Assembly: GCA_000432255.1 (NCBI GenBank)
Contig: HF989913.1
Location: forward strand, 76,755 to 140,754
DNA: 64,000 bases
Direction: 5' to 3'
Source of the DNA: Acholeplasma sp. CAG:878
GTDB taxonomy: Bacteria; Bacillota_I; Bacilli_A; RF39; UBA660
Position numbers and translations under genes: made by a program. The notes below the pieces were generated by a model that saw nothing but the letters and a program-made list of their open reading frames with translations, was not told where the DNA came from and made no database searches. This document shows positions 40,318 through 49,673 of the stretch, in pieces (within the stretch, counting starts at the first letter, position 1; each line of letters starts with the position of its first letter).

Positions 40318-41346
40318 ATGGATAAAGTAGTTCTGCCAATTGATAAAAAATCTTTATTTTTGAATATATTTAATGATAATGAATATGGGCATACTGCAAC
40401 TGTATCAACTCCAATTAAGCAAGGAAATTCTACAAATGAAAAATTAGCTCAAATATTCAAAGTTCCAAAACAAATAGATTTTAATGCAAAACCATTATTG
40501 GTTGATGAATTAATAAAAAACTCTAAATCTAAAATAAAAATTAATAATGTGTTTTTGTTTGATAAGATTGCAGTAAATGGTGAACTAATCGAAACTGGAA
40601 AAATTTTATATTGCATGTACATTAAGGAAGAAGTAGATTCCTCCAAAGCACAATATGGAAGAATCAAACTTCATTATCCATTAGGATTAAAATATGAAGA
40701 TAGTGACATTGATATAGACAATAAATATATTATTAATCTTATTTCAAAGAAAGTATTTAATTACGCTTTTATAGTAAATAGTTTTGAATATAACTTTGAT
40801 AATGATATATTGAATTTTAATATAACAATTATTGGGGAAAACAAAATACCATACTCAAAAGTTTTTATCAATAATAAAGGAACAGGAAATAAATTTAATA
40901 GTATTTTTAACGAATTTGCTGAATCTTATGATATGGAAATTATCTCATTAAGACAAAAATTTGGACAAGAAATTGGCCCCGATAATTATTTAGAATACAT
41001 GGAGATAGCAAAAGATAAAGCAATGGCCGAAGGAGAACTATATGCTAGAAAAAAATATAAAAATGATGTAACTAATATATCGTTACTATATCCTTATTCG
41101 TTATACGATTTTGAATGCAGAGAAGGATATAATACCAAATATTATTTAGTATTTTATACTACATCTAATAATGAATACTTTAATATATCGTCAAAAAAAC
41201 TTAAATTCATTAATGATTTTAAAAATAATGTAGAAATATTAGTAATGACAAACATTTTGAATGGGCCCAAAATATCAAAGTATAATGTAGAGCAAATACT
41301 GACATTTTCAAAGAGTATAAATTCAGTAATGCTTAGAAAGGAGTAA
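40318..41346 (+). CDS. Hypothetical protein (343 aa), translationally coupled to dcm; function unknown
   Basis: ATG 2 nt after the dcm stop, behind GAGGAG; no motif recognised. Confidence 0.55.
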   Translation: MDKVVLPIDKKSLFLNIFNDNEYGHTATVSTPIKQGNSTNEKLAQIFKVPKQIDFNAKPLLVDELIKNSKSKIKINNVFLFDKIAVNGELIETGKILYCMYIKEEVDSSKAQYGRIKLHYPLGLKYEDSDIDIDNKYIINLISKKVFNYAFIVNSFEYNFDNDILNFNITIIGENKIPYSKVFINNKGTGNKFNSIFNEFAESYDMEIISLRQKFGQEIGPDNYLEYMEIAKDKAMAEGELYARKKYKNDVTNISLLYPYSLYDFECREGYNTKYYLVFYTTSNNEYFNISSKKLKFINDFKNNVEILVMTNILNGPKISKYNVEQILTFSKSINSVMLRKE

Positions 41347-41349
41347 TCT

Positions 41350-42804
41350 ATGGGAAAGTATATTACACAAATTCCACCAGCTAAATCATTAATTAGTGGA
41401 ATAAGATCAATTGGATATAGTTTTGCGTCTTCTGTTGCAGATATTATAGATAATAGTATTACAGCAAAGGCCTCTGAAATAAATGTATATGCTGATCCGT
41501 TAGATGAACCATATTTCGTGATCTTGGACAATGGGCTAGGAATGAATTATGATGAATTAAAAAACGCAATGACATTTGGCTCAGACAGAAGTGACAAGAT
41601 AGATAATGAATTAGATTTAGGAAGATTTGGTCTTGGATTAAAGTCAGCATCTTTATCACAATGTCGAAAAATGACGGTTATTAGTAAGGAAAAAGATAGT
41701 ATAAATGGTATGTGTTATGATTTAGAAATAATTGAAGCCCAAAATGATTGGGTGCTTGAAGTACTAGATGAAAATGAAGTAAAAAGAATGCCATGTTTTG
41801 AACAATTAAATAAATATGAGACTGGAACATTAGTTATTTGGCAGAATTTTGATAAATTAGATGCATTAGCCACTAATTTTGTAACCTCTTTTAGAAATGC
41901 AGTTGCTGATGCAAAGAAACATGTTGAATTAGTATTTCATTATTATTATGATTCAGTTAGCATTTTTTTCAATAATGATAGGATTGAAAAAAGGGATCCA
42001 TTTTTAATTAATTCAGCTCCTAGACAGCAAACCGGTAGGACAGATCCTATAATAATGAATGGTTCAATTATTACAATTACACCTTATACGCTACCTTTTG
42101 CCAACACCTTAACACAAGAAGAAAAAAAATTATTAGGGAATACAAATATATATGATGAGCAGGGCTTTTATATTTATAGAAATAAAAGACTTATAATTTG
42201 GGGAAGTTGGCTCCATATGAATGTTAGAAGTGAGTTAAGCAAATTGGCTCGTGTTAAAATAGAGATACCTTCTACACTGGATAAAGAATGGAGCTTAGAT
42301 GTAAAAAAATCAACTGCAAAAATTCCGGACAAAATAAAAGATCAGATAAAAGCTTCTCTTGAGGACTCAATACACAGAAGTAAAAGAACAACAAGATTCA
42401 AAGGAGTAAAAGAGCAGCAATTTGAAGACAAGGTGTGGAATAGAATAAATTTAAGAGATGGTTTTGTTAAATATGAATTGAATAAAGAAAATCCATTATA
42501 CAAATTGTTATCAGAAAATCTTTCAGAAACAGATAAAAGATTATTGGATTCGTTTATATTTCAAATTGAGACTGGATTACCAAAGTATTCAATACAAAAT
42601 GACACTCTAGATGATTTGAAAATTGTAAATGATAGTGATAGTAATACACCAGAAGAATTAATTGAGAGAGTATGCAAAGATTTGGAATGCGTACCGAGTT
42701 CCAAAAAAGAAGCAATATTGGATGAATTACTTAAAACAGATGTATATAAGAGTATTTCTGATAAAAGAGATTTAATAATTGAGAGGATTGGTGTTTATGT
42801 CTGA
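41350..42804 (+). CDS. MORC-like GHKL (Bergerat-fold) ATPase
   Basis: N-box ADIIDNSITA; G1 box ILDNGLGM; G2 box GRFGLGLKSAS; RBS AAAGGAG. Confidence 0.75.
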   Translation: MGKYITQIPPAKSLISGIRSIGYSFASSVADIIDNSITAKASEINVYADPLDEPYFVILDNGLGMNYDELKNAMTFGSDRSDKIDNELDLGRFGLGLKSASLSQCRKMTVISKEKDSINGMCYDLEIIEAQNDWVLEVLDENEVKRMPCFEQLNKYETGTLVIWQNFDKLDALATNFVTSFRNAVADAKKHVELVFHYYYDSVSIFFNNDRIEKRDPFLINSAPRQQTGRTDPIIMNGSIITITPYTLPFANTLTQEEKKLLGNTNIYDEQGFYIYRNKRLIIWGSWLHMNVRSELSKLARVKIEIPSTLDKEWSLDVKKSTAKIPDKIKDQIKASLEDSIHRSKRTTRFKGVKEQQFEDKVWNRINLRDGFVKYELNKENPLYKLLSENLSETDKRLLDSFIFQIETGLPKYSIQNDTLDDLKIVNDSDSNTPEELIERVCKDLECVPSSKKEAILDELLKTDVYKSISDKRDLIIERIGVYV

Positions 42805-45577
42805 TTTAGAAACAAAAGCATATAGAATGTTAAAAGAATTTTTAAGAGGAGAGAATAAGTCTATAGAAAAAATAAGGGAGGCTATTGATACAATATTAGA
42901 AATGAGTATTTTCAAAGAATCAAATATAGAAGATATCAAAAATACCATATATGATGAATATATAACTAATATTGGAATTGTAAATCCTGATGCAGAATTT
43001 CTTGTTAAAGATAAAGATTTCAATAATTGGATGAAATTATCCAATGTTTCTACAAATTGCTTTGATAGATATATGGACTATTTAAGGGACATGGATTTTC
43101 CGGAAGACTCAATAGAAAAAATGACTAAGGCAACAAACGATATACTAGCTAGATGTGCTGATCCCAATAATTTAAATGACCATAAGAACTCTAAGAAAAA
43201 AGGCTTGGTAATGGGAGATATTCAATCTGGAAAAACTGCAAATTACACTGCTTTAATAAATTTGGCTGCTGATTATGGATATAAAGTTATAGTACTACTA
43301 GCTGGTATGACAGATTCTTTGAGAGAACAGACACAGAAACGTATTGATTCAGGATTTATTGGTGCCAAGAGTGATACTATAAGTAGTTCAATAATAAATT
43401 TTGTAGGCGTAGGAAAAGAAGAAAACAAGTATTATGCCATTCCTTTAACTAATGTTAATTCAGATTTTGGTAAAGTGGTTAGAGAAAATCAGAATACCAA
43501 TTCTAGCGATTTTAATAAACCACTAATATTGGTTATTAAGAAAAATAAAAGTGTGTTAACACAGGTTAAAGATTATTTAAAACCAGGAATTCATGGAATC
43601 ACTTCAGAAAATATTTTAATTATTGACGATGAAGCTGATAATGCTTCTGTTAATACCAAAAATAGTGATGATCCATCAATTATTAATAAGTTAATTCGAG
43701 ATTTATTTAATAATTTTACTATCGCTTCATATGTTGGATTTACAGCAACACCTTTTGCAAATATATTTATAAATCCATATGATGATGATTTTAATAAGGA
43801 TTTATTTCCATCAGATTTTATCGTTCAATTAAAAGAACCTTCATCATATTTTGGAGCAAATAAGGTTTTTAATAATCTTGGAAGTATTGATGAGCCTAAA
43901 TATAAGCATATAGAAATACTAGATCCGCATGAAAAAAACTTTCTACTATTAACACATAAAAAAGATGACGAAATATTTAGTGTTCTACCTGATAGTTTAA
44001 AGAAAGCAATAAATGATTTCATAATTGTAAATGTCATTAGAACATTAAGAGGGAAAGAATTTAAACATAGAACCATGATGATTAATATTTCTCGTTTTAA
44101 TGCAATCCAATATAAAATATATGATAAAATCAATGATTATATTGATTTGATGAAAAATACCATATCGCAAACTTATAAATCAGATTTTAATAATTTTATT
44201 AGAGATCCTTATATGAATGATTTATATGAAGAATATAATGATGAATTTTTCTCTGAAATAAGAGAAGAATTTACATGGGATCAAATTCAAGAAGGTTTAA
44301 ATAACGAGATTCAACAATTTATAGTTACAGTAGTAAATAATAACAATAAGAAAAATAGATTTAATTATGATAATTATGAAAAAGAAGGAGCTAGAGTAAT
44401 TGCGATTGGGGGATTTATTCTATCGAGAGGTCTTACTTTAGAGGGATTAATGATAAGCTACTTCAATAGAAAAGGCAATGCTTATGACACAGTATTACAG
44501 ATGTGTAGATGGTTTGGGTACAGGCCAGGATATGAAGATTTATGCAGAATATATATGACTCAAGAAAATATTGATAATTTCGAGGATGTAATAGATGCCG
44601 TATCAAATTTAAAAGAGCAATTTAAACAAATGGATGTAGAAAATAAAACACCAGAGGATTTTGGATTAATGGTAAAACAATCGCCAGCTAGATTAAATAT
44701 GCAAATGTTTATTTCGAGTGGAGAAGAGCTTGAAAAATTTGAAAAGATGGGGATTACTGCTAAAAACAAAATGAGAAATACCGAGGAAAAAATAATAACA
44801 CTAAATTATAGTGGAATTGCTACTGATACATCAAAGCTATTTAATGATAAAGCAAAAAATGAAGAAAACAAAAATACAATCGATTTATTATTTAAAAGTT
44901 TAAAAGATAAAGAATTAAATTTAGAGTATGTTAATGGTAGATTAATGGTTCAAAGAATACCGAAAGGCGTTATTTCTGATTTTATTAACAAATTTAAACT
45001 ACCATTTCTAAATAAGAGTTTTGATACAGAGAGTTTATCAGAATATATCAAGAATTCTGTCTTCATGCCAGAATGGGATTTAGTTATAGCAACTGGTTCT
45101 AAGAATGATAATGATTATTGGAACTTCGAAGACTATAATATACCAGTTGTAACTCGTTCGTTTGATATGAATTATTCAGATAACATAATACGTATTTCTG
45201 GAAATAAAAACAGATTGTATGAACCTGGTATTTTTAATAGTGGTTTGAATGATGAACAATTATCACAAGCAAATATGAACATGGTTTATCATGAAAGAAA
45301 AAATCTTATTGCAGAAGACTATTTAAATATTCAAAGGCGCCCATTATTGGTAATATACCCAATTAGGTTAAAAAAGAAAAAGAATTCATCAATCAATGAT
45401 TCTGAAATGAGAGCAATTAGTAATTTTAATAATGGAACTCCATTGTTCGGAATTGCCTTAGGTTTTCCTGGCATTAAAACAAACGAAAGAGTTAGCTACA
45501 GACTAAATAAAGTTAAGATTGAGCAATTATCTCTTGATTTTGAATATGAGGAGGAATATGATCCTAATGAAGATTAA
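42797..45577 (+). CDS. Z1-domain-like P-loop NTPase (928 aa)
   Basis: Walker A GDIQSGKT; DEAD-like Walker B IIDDEADNAS; ATG 42797 behind GAGAGGATTGGTG; overlaps the GHKL ATPase stop. Confidence 0.6.
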   Translation: MSDLETKAYRMLKEFLRGENKSIEKIREAIDTILEMSIFKESNIEDIKNTIYDEYITNIGIVNPDAEFLVKDKDFNNWMKLSNVSTNCFDRYMDYLRDMDFPEDSIEKMTKATNDILARCADPNNLNDHKNSKKKGLVMGDIQSGKTANYTALINLAADYGYKVIVLLAGMTDSLREQTQKRIDSGFIGAKSDTISSSIINFVGVGKEENKYYAIPLTNVNSDFGKVVRENQNTNSSDFNKPLILVIKKNKSVLTQVKDYLKPGIHGITSENILIIDDEADNASVNTKNSDDPSIINKLIRDLFNNFTIASYVGFTATPFANIFINPYDDDFNKDLFPSDFIVQLKEPSSYFGANKVFNNLGSIDEPKYKHIEILDPHEKNFLLLTHKKDDEIFSVLPDSLKKAINDFIIVNVIRTLRGKEFKHRTMMINISRFNAIQYKIYDKINDYIDLMKNTISQTYKSDFNNFIRDPYMNDLYEEYNDEFFSEIREEFTWDQIQEGLNNEIQQFIVTVVNNNNKKNRFNYDNYEKEGARVIAIGGFILSRGLTLEGLMISYFNRKGNAYDTVLQMCRWFGYRPGYEDLCRIYMTQENIDNFEDVIDAVSNLKEQFKQMDVENKTPEDFGLMVKQSPARLNMQMFISSGEELEKFEKMGITAKNKMRNTEEKIITLNYSGIATDTSKLFNDKAKNEENKNTIDLLFKSLKDKELNLEYVNGRLMVQRIPKGVISDFINKFKLPFLNKSFDTESLSEYIKNSVFMPEWDLVIATGSKNDNDYWNFEDYNIPVVTRSFDMNYSDNIIRISGNKNRLYEPGIFNSGLNDEQLSQANMNMVYHERKNLIAEDYLNIQRRPLLVIYPIRLKKKKNSSINDSEMRAISNFNNGTPLFGIALGFPGIKTNERVSYRLNKVKIEQLSLDFEYEEEYDPNED

Positions 45578-46505
45578 TTTTGAAGATAAATTTAAAGAAC
45601 TAAACGCAATTAGCAATATATTAAAAAAGGTTGAAAGTAATAATAAAGTAAAGATTTTTTATGGTTTATCGAAAGAAGGTAAAAAAAGATTAGCATTTTT
45701 ATCAACAATTGTTCCTAGTCAAATAGAATCTACAAAAATGATAAGTGTTAGTTATTATAAAGATAATGAAAATTCAAATTGGTTAAGTTTTGATCTAGAA
45801 AATAATAACTATTCCAATTTATTCTATACTTTTTGTACAGATATGGTTAATTCATTGAGTGGATTAAATGATGAAAAAGAAGAATTAGAATATTTAAAAC
45901 AAAGATTTTATAACTGGAAAAAGATGTTTCAAAATATTTCTACTAAAGAATTATCAGAGGAAAAAGAGCAGGGAATATATGGAGAATTGTATTTTTTGTA
46001 CAAGTATATGATTCCCAAATATGGTGTAGAGAAATCTATTTTATCATGGGCAGGGCCACATAAATTTAATAAAGACTTTTCAATTGACGAAACTTGGTAC
46101 GAAATTAAAACATCAAGTGTTAATGCTAATACAATTGAAATAAGATCAATTAATCAATTAGATTCAGATGTTGATGGTTTTCTAACTGTAGTTAAAGTTG
46201 AAAAAATGTCTATGGAATATAGAGGAGAATTGTCATCTATTTTTGAATTAATTCAAGCTATCATGGGTGAAATTACGAGTATTCAAATTCAAGATGATTT
46301 TCTTAATAAATTAATTGAATTAGGTGTTGGACCTGAAAATAATTTTGGCTCACGCCGCTATGACACAAAAAATATATTATTATATAGTGTGTCAGATAAA
46401 TTTCCTAAGCTTACAAGAAAAAATATAACATTCACTGAAATAGAAAATGTTACTTATACTATTAATCTTTCACAAATTGATAGATTTAAGGTGGAGGAAT
46501 TATGA
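45567..46505 (+). CDS. PD-(D/E)xK-fold nuclease candidate (312 aa)
   Basis: Motif elements GIYGELYFL (E), KDFSIDET (D) and WYEIKT (ExK) in canonical order; RBS GAGGAGGA; start ATG 45567. Confidence 0.55.
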   Translation: MKINFEDKFKELNAISNILKKVESNNKVKIFYGLSKEGKKRLAFLSTIVPSQIESTKMISVSYYKDNENSNWLSFDLENNNYSNLFYTFCTDMVNSLSGLNDEKEELEYLKQRFYNWKKMFQNISTKELSEEKEQGIYGELYFLYKYMIPKYGVEKSILSWAGPHKFNKDFSIDETWYEIKTSSVNANTIEIRSINQLDSDVDGFLTVVKVEKMSMEYRGELSSIFELIQAIMGEITSIQIQDDFLNKLIELGVGPENNFGSRRYDTKNILLYSVSDKFPKLTRKNITFTEIENVTYTINLSQIDRFKVEEL

Positions 46506-48595
46506 TAAGTTTAGAAGAATTTAGAGAGGATTATATAAATGAAATTAATTTAACAGCTATTGAAAATAGCGAGCATCAACCAGATGCTTTCATAGATGAA
46601 ATGTCTGAAACGCTTATAGAAGACTTTTCCATAATTAATGGCTTGGACAGATGCTTTTATTCATTTAATAAAGGAACTAAGGCTTTCAAAAATATGCAAA
46701 TTGATGGTGGCTTTTTAGATCTTCCAGCAAATGTTATTGATTTATTAATTGCAGATTATAATCCTGGAGACGTAACAACAATAACTAATGAATTCATTAA
46801 TTCAAAGTCACAATTGATGATTAATTATTTTGAAAACGTGCTAAAAGGCTATTTTACAAATGCGGAAGATAGTAACGAAGCGGTTCAACTAGCGTATAGT
46901 ATTTTAAATAATTTAGATTCTATAAATAAAATTCACCTAGTTATTATATCTACTAATAAATTAAGTACGAGAGTTAAAACAATAGATTTTCCTGACTTTA
47001 TTTATAATAATAGAAAATTTAAAGTTGAATTAGACGTTATTGATATTCAAATGATATATAATTCCAGATTAAAAGATTTTAAAAAAGAGCCAGTTGTTAT
47101 AAATACTGCTGATTTTGGATTAAATGGTATTCAATGTATAAAAGCTGATATTGGTACCAGCGATTATGAAGCCTACTTAGCAATCGTGCCAGGTAAGTTT
47201 TTATGTGATATATATGAAAAGTATGGTCCTAGATTATTGGAGTCAAACGTTAGATCATTTTTAAATGCTAAGGGAGCTGTTAACAAAGGCATTCGTGGAA
47301 CAATATTAAATGAGAGAACTAAATTTTTTACATATAATAACGGAATTTCAACAGTCGCAAAAGATATTAAGACTAAAATCATTCCTAATGAAGGATTGTA
47401 TATAACTGAATTTAATGATTTTCAAATAATTAATGGTGGGCAAACAACAGCATCTTTAGCATCGGCTGATATTAGAGATAAAGCTCCGCTAGATAATATT
47501 TATGTTCAAATGAAATTAACTATTGTTAAAGAGGATGATCCTGAATTTGTTCATAATATTTCAAAATATGCTAATAGCCAAAATAAAGTAACTGCGGCAG
47601 ATCTTAACTCTAATCATCCATTCTATATAAAAATGGAAGAATTTTCTAGAAAAACATTTGCACCACCTGTTAATAATCAACCATACCAGACACTATGGTT
47701 CTTTGAAAGAGCTCGTGGACAATATGATCAGCCAAAAATGAGTATGACTAAAGCAGAACGTGAAAAATATACTAAGCTAAATCCAAATAATCAAAAATTT
47801 ACTAAAACTGATTTAGCTAAATATTTAAATTCAGCTGCAATGAAGCCATATGCCGTTTCAAAGGGTGCACAATTGAATTTGATTGATTTTCAAACCGATT
47901 TAGAAGCGCAGTGGAATAAAGATAAACTTTCATTTAATGAATTGTTCTACAAAGATTTAATTTCTAAGGCAATCCTATTTAAAACAATAGAGAAAGTTAT
48001 TTCTGAACAGGATTGGTATATAGAGAATAAAGCATATAGGGCTCAATTGGTAACATATTCATTTTCAAAATTAATTTATGAAGTTAAAAAGAATGGTAAT
48101 ATGGAATTGGACTATAAAACAATATGGGATAAGCAAAGTGTACCAGACTATATTATTGACGAAATAATTAACATTTCAAAACTATGCTTTGATGCATTTA
48201 ACGACCCTAATAGAACATTTAATAACATTGGTGAATATACAAAAAGAAAAGATTGCTGGACTATCATAAAAGATAAGACTTATACATTATCTGAAGATAC
48301 TATAGATTCACTAATATCAAAAGAAGAGAAAAAAATAGAAGCTATTAGCGCAAAAAAAGATGAGAAATTAAATAATTCTGTTATGCAGGAAGTTGAAATA
48401 TTTCAACTTGGTATAGATTATTGGAATAGGGTTAAGCAATTAGGTATTGAACAAAATATTTTGAATGGTAGAGATATAGAATTTATAGATTATGCAATTA
48501 AATATTGTAATGGATTAGTAATGGGAATGTCACCTGCACAAACTAAAATTATTTTTGAGATAAAAGACAAATTAGAACAGAATGGAATAAAATAA
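46502..48595 (+). CDS. AIPR-like (abortive-infection phage-resistance family) protein, 697 aa; assigned by size and context rather than a recognised motif
   Basis: Large C-terminal gene of the operon; ATGA-coupled to the nuclease ORF; RBS GGTGGAGG. Confidence 0.45.
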   Translation: MISLEEFREDYINEINLTAIENSEHQPDAFIDEMSETLIEDFSIINGLDRCFYSFNKGTKAFKNMQIDGGFLDLPANVIDLLIADYNPGDVTTITNEFINSKSQLMINYFENVLKGYFTNAEDSNEAVQLAYSILNNLDSINKIHLVIISTNKLSTRVKTIDFPDFIYNNRKFKVELDVIDIQMIYNSRLKDFKKEPVVINTADFGLNGIQCIKADIGTSDYEAYLAIVPGKFLCDIYEKYGPRLLESNVRSFLNAKGAVNKGIRGTILNERTKFFTYNNGISTVAKDIKTKIIPNEGLYITEFNDFQIINGGQTTASLASADIRDKAPLDNIYVQMKLTIVKEDDPEFVHNISKYANSQNKVTAADLNSNHPFYIKMEEFSRKTFAPPVNNQPYQTLWFFERARGQYDQPKMSMTKAEREKYTKLNPNNQKFTKTDLAKYLNSAAMKPYAVSKGAQLNLIDFQTDLEAQWNKDKLSFNELFYKDLISKAILFKTIEKVISEQDWYIENKAYRAQLVTYSFSKLIYEVKKNGNMELDYKTIWDKQSVPDYIIDEIINISKLCFDAFNDPNRTFNNIGEYTKRKDCWTIIKDKTYTLSEDTIDSLISKEEKKIEAISAKKDEKLNNSVMQEVEIFQLGIDYWNRVKQLGIEQNILNGRDIEFIDYAIKYCNGLVMGMSPAQTKIIFEIKDKLEQNGIK

Positions 48596-48598
48596 AAA

Positions 48599-48627
48599 AG
48601 GAAAAACTTATCGTTTTTCTTTTTTCT
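48599..48627 (+). terminator. Rho-independent terminator of the defence operon
   Basis: GGAAAAAC ttatc GTTTTTCT followed by T6. Confidence 0.7.
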
Positions 48628-49637
48628 TAAATTAAAATTTCAACCGCACCACTCGGTGTGGTTTTTTGATATAATAAAAGAGCCCCACCCAGCAAGAAAG
48701 GAGCTCTATATGAATTATACACAATTAACAGAAAAAAAGAAAGCCCAAATTGATATTTTATTAGAACAAGGTATGTCAATGAGAAAGGTAGCTACTATAA
48801 TTGGAATTAGCCATTCTACAATATCAAGATATAAAGCAGGTATTTATAAAAAAAGAAAAATAGATATAAATAAAAAATATGAAATATTTATTAAGTATTT
48901 ATTCGACCATTATGATAGAAAACATCATTCCATAGAAGTATGTATACATAATTTTAAAAAGCAATATAGAGGTGTAAAATGTCCATCTATTCAACAAACT
49001 TATAAATGGGTGAAGGCTGGTAAAATATTCTTGACAAAAGATAAGTTATGTTATAAAAAACGCAAAAGTAAAAAGAATGATATGATGAATCACACTATAT
49101 GGAACATGAAAAATAAAACAGTATTACCAATAAGATTAAAGCCTAAATACATTGAAAATAGAGGTGAAATAGGACATTTGGAAATAGATTCAATACTAGG
49201 CAAGAAAAATGAACAAGAATCAATAATATCAATAGTAGATAGATGTACAAGAAAATTATGGTTAATAAAATCTGAATATAGAAACGAATATTATACAGAC
49301 AAATTAATTTATGAGTTTATTATAAAAAATGAAATACCAGTTAAGTCAATAACTACTGATAATGGATTTGAATTTAAAGTACTAGGAATATGTGCCAAGA
49401 AGCTAGGAGTAAAATTATATAAGTGTGATCCTTATTGCTCATTTCAAAGAGGAACAAAAGAAAGGACAAATGCATTAGTAAGAAGATGGATACCAAAAGG
49501 AAGATCAATGGAATTAATTCCTCAAATATATTTAGATGATATTTGTTTTGAAATTAACACAATGCCAAGAAAAATATTTGACTTTAAAACCCCATGTGAT
49601 GTAGAATTAAATTATAATTAAGTGGTGCGGTTGAAAT
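48628..49637 (+). mobile_element. IS30-family insertion sequence (1010 bp) with 17-bp perfect terminal inverted repeats
   Basis: IRL ATTTCAACCGCACCACT (48628-48644) and IRR AGTGGTGCGGTTGAAAT (49621-49637) flank one transposase ORF; no target-site duplication evident. Confidence 0.85.
48710..49621 (+). CDS. IS30-family DDE transposase
   Basis: N-terminal HTH (MSMRKVATIIGISHSTISRY); DDE region (HLEIDSI...TTDNGFEF...E); start ATG 48710 behind AAAGGAG (the upstream extension in the track runs into the IR). Confidence 0.85.
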   Translation: MNYTQLTEKKKAQIDILLEQGMSMRKVATIIGISHSTISRYKAGIYKKRKIDINKKYEIFIKYLFDHYDRKHHSIEVCIHNFKKQYRGVKCPSIQQTYKWVKAGKIFLTKDKLCYKKRKSKKNDMMNHTIWNMKNKTVLPIRLKPKYIENRGEIGHLEIDSILGKKNEQESIISIVDRCTRKLWLIKSEYRNEYYTDKLIYEFIIKNEIPVKSITTDNGFEFKVLGICAKKLGVKLYKCDPYCSFQRGTKERTNALVRRWIPKGRSMELIPQIYLDDICFEINTMPRKIFDFKTPCDVELNYN

Positions 49638-49638
49638 G

Positions 49639-49673
49639 CGAAAAAAAGAAATAGTTCAAGTGAACTATTTTTC
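49639..49673. terminator. Bidirectional hairpin; serves the minus-strand 430-aa gene
   Basis: A7 then AAATAGTTCA ag TGAACTATTT then T-rich run. Confidence 0.6.

Larger units (their letters stand above)
34816..49637. mobile_element. Putative integrated element carrying a defence operon (inactive integrase through IS30); boundaries approximate, att sites not identified
   Basis: Integrase abuts the conserved recG 3' end; contents are Xis-like, RHH and Rep-like small genes, iteron-like repeats, an R-M-like operon and an IS. Confidence 0.45.

Noticed and set aside
41154-41659. Minus-strand ORFs 41154-41531 and 41459-41659, and 40449-40667, 43825-44133, 44560-44769, 47173-47382
   Set aside because: They are antisense to operon genes with motif support (GHKL boxes, P-loop and so on). 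They are spurious.
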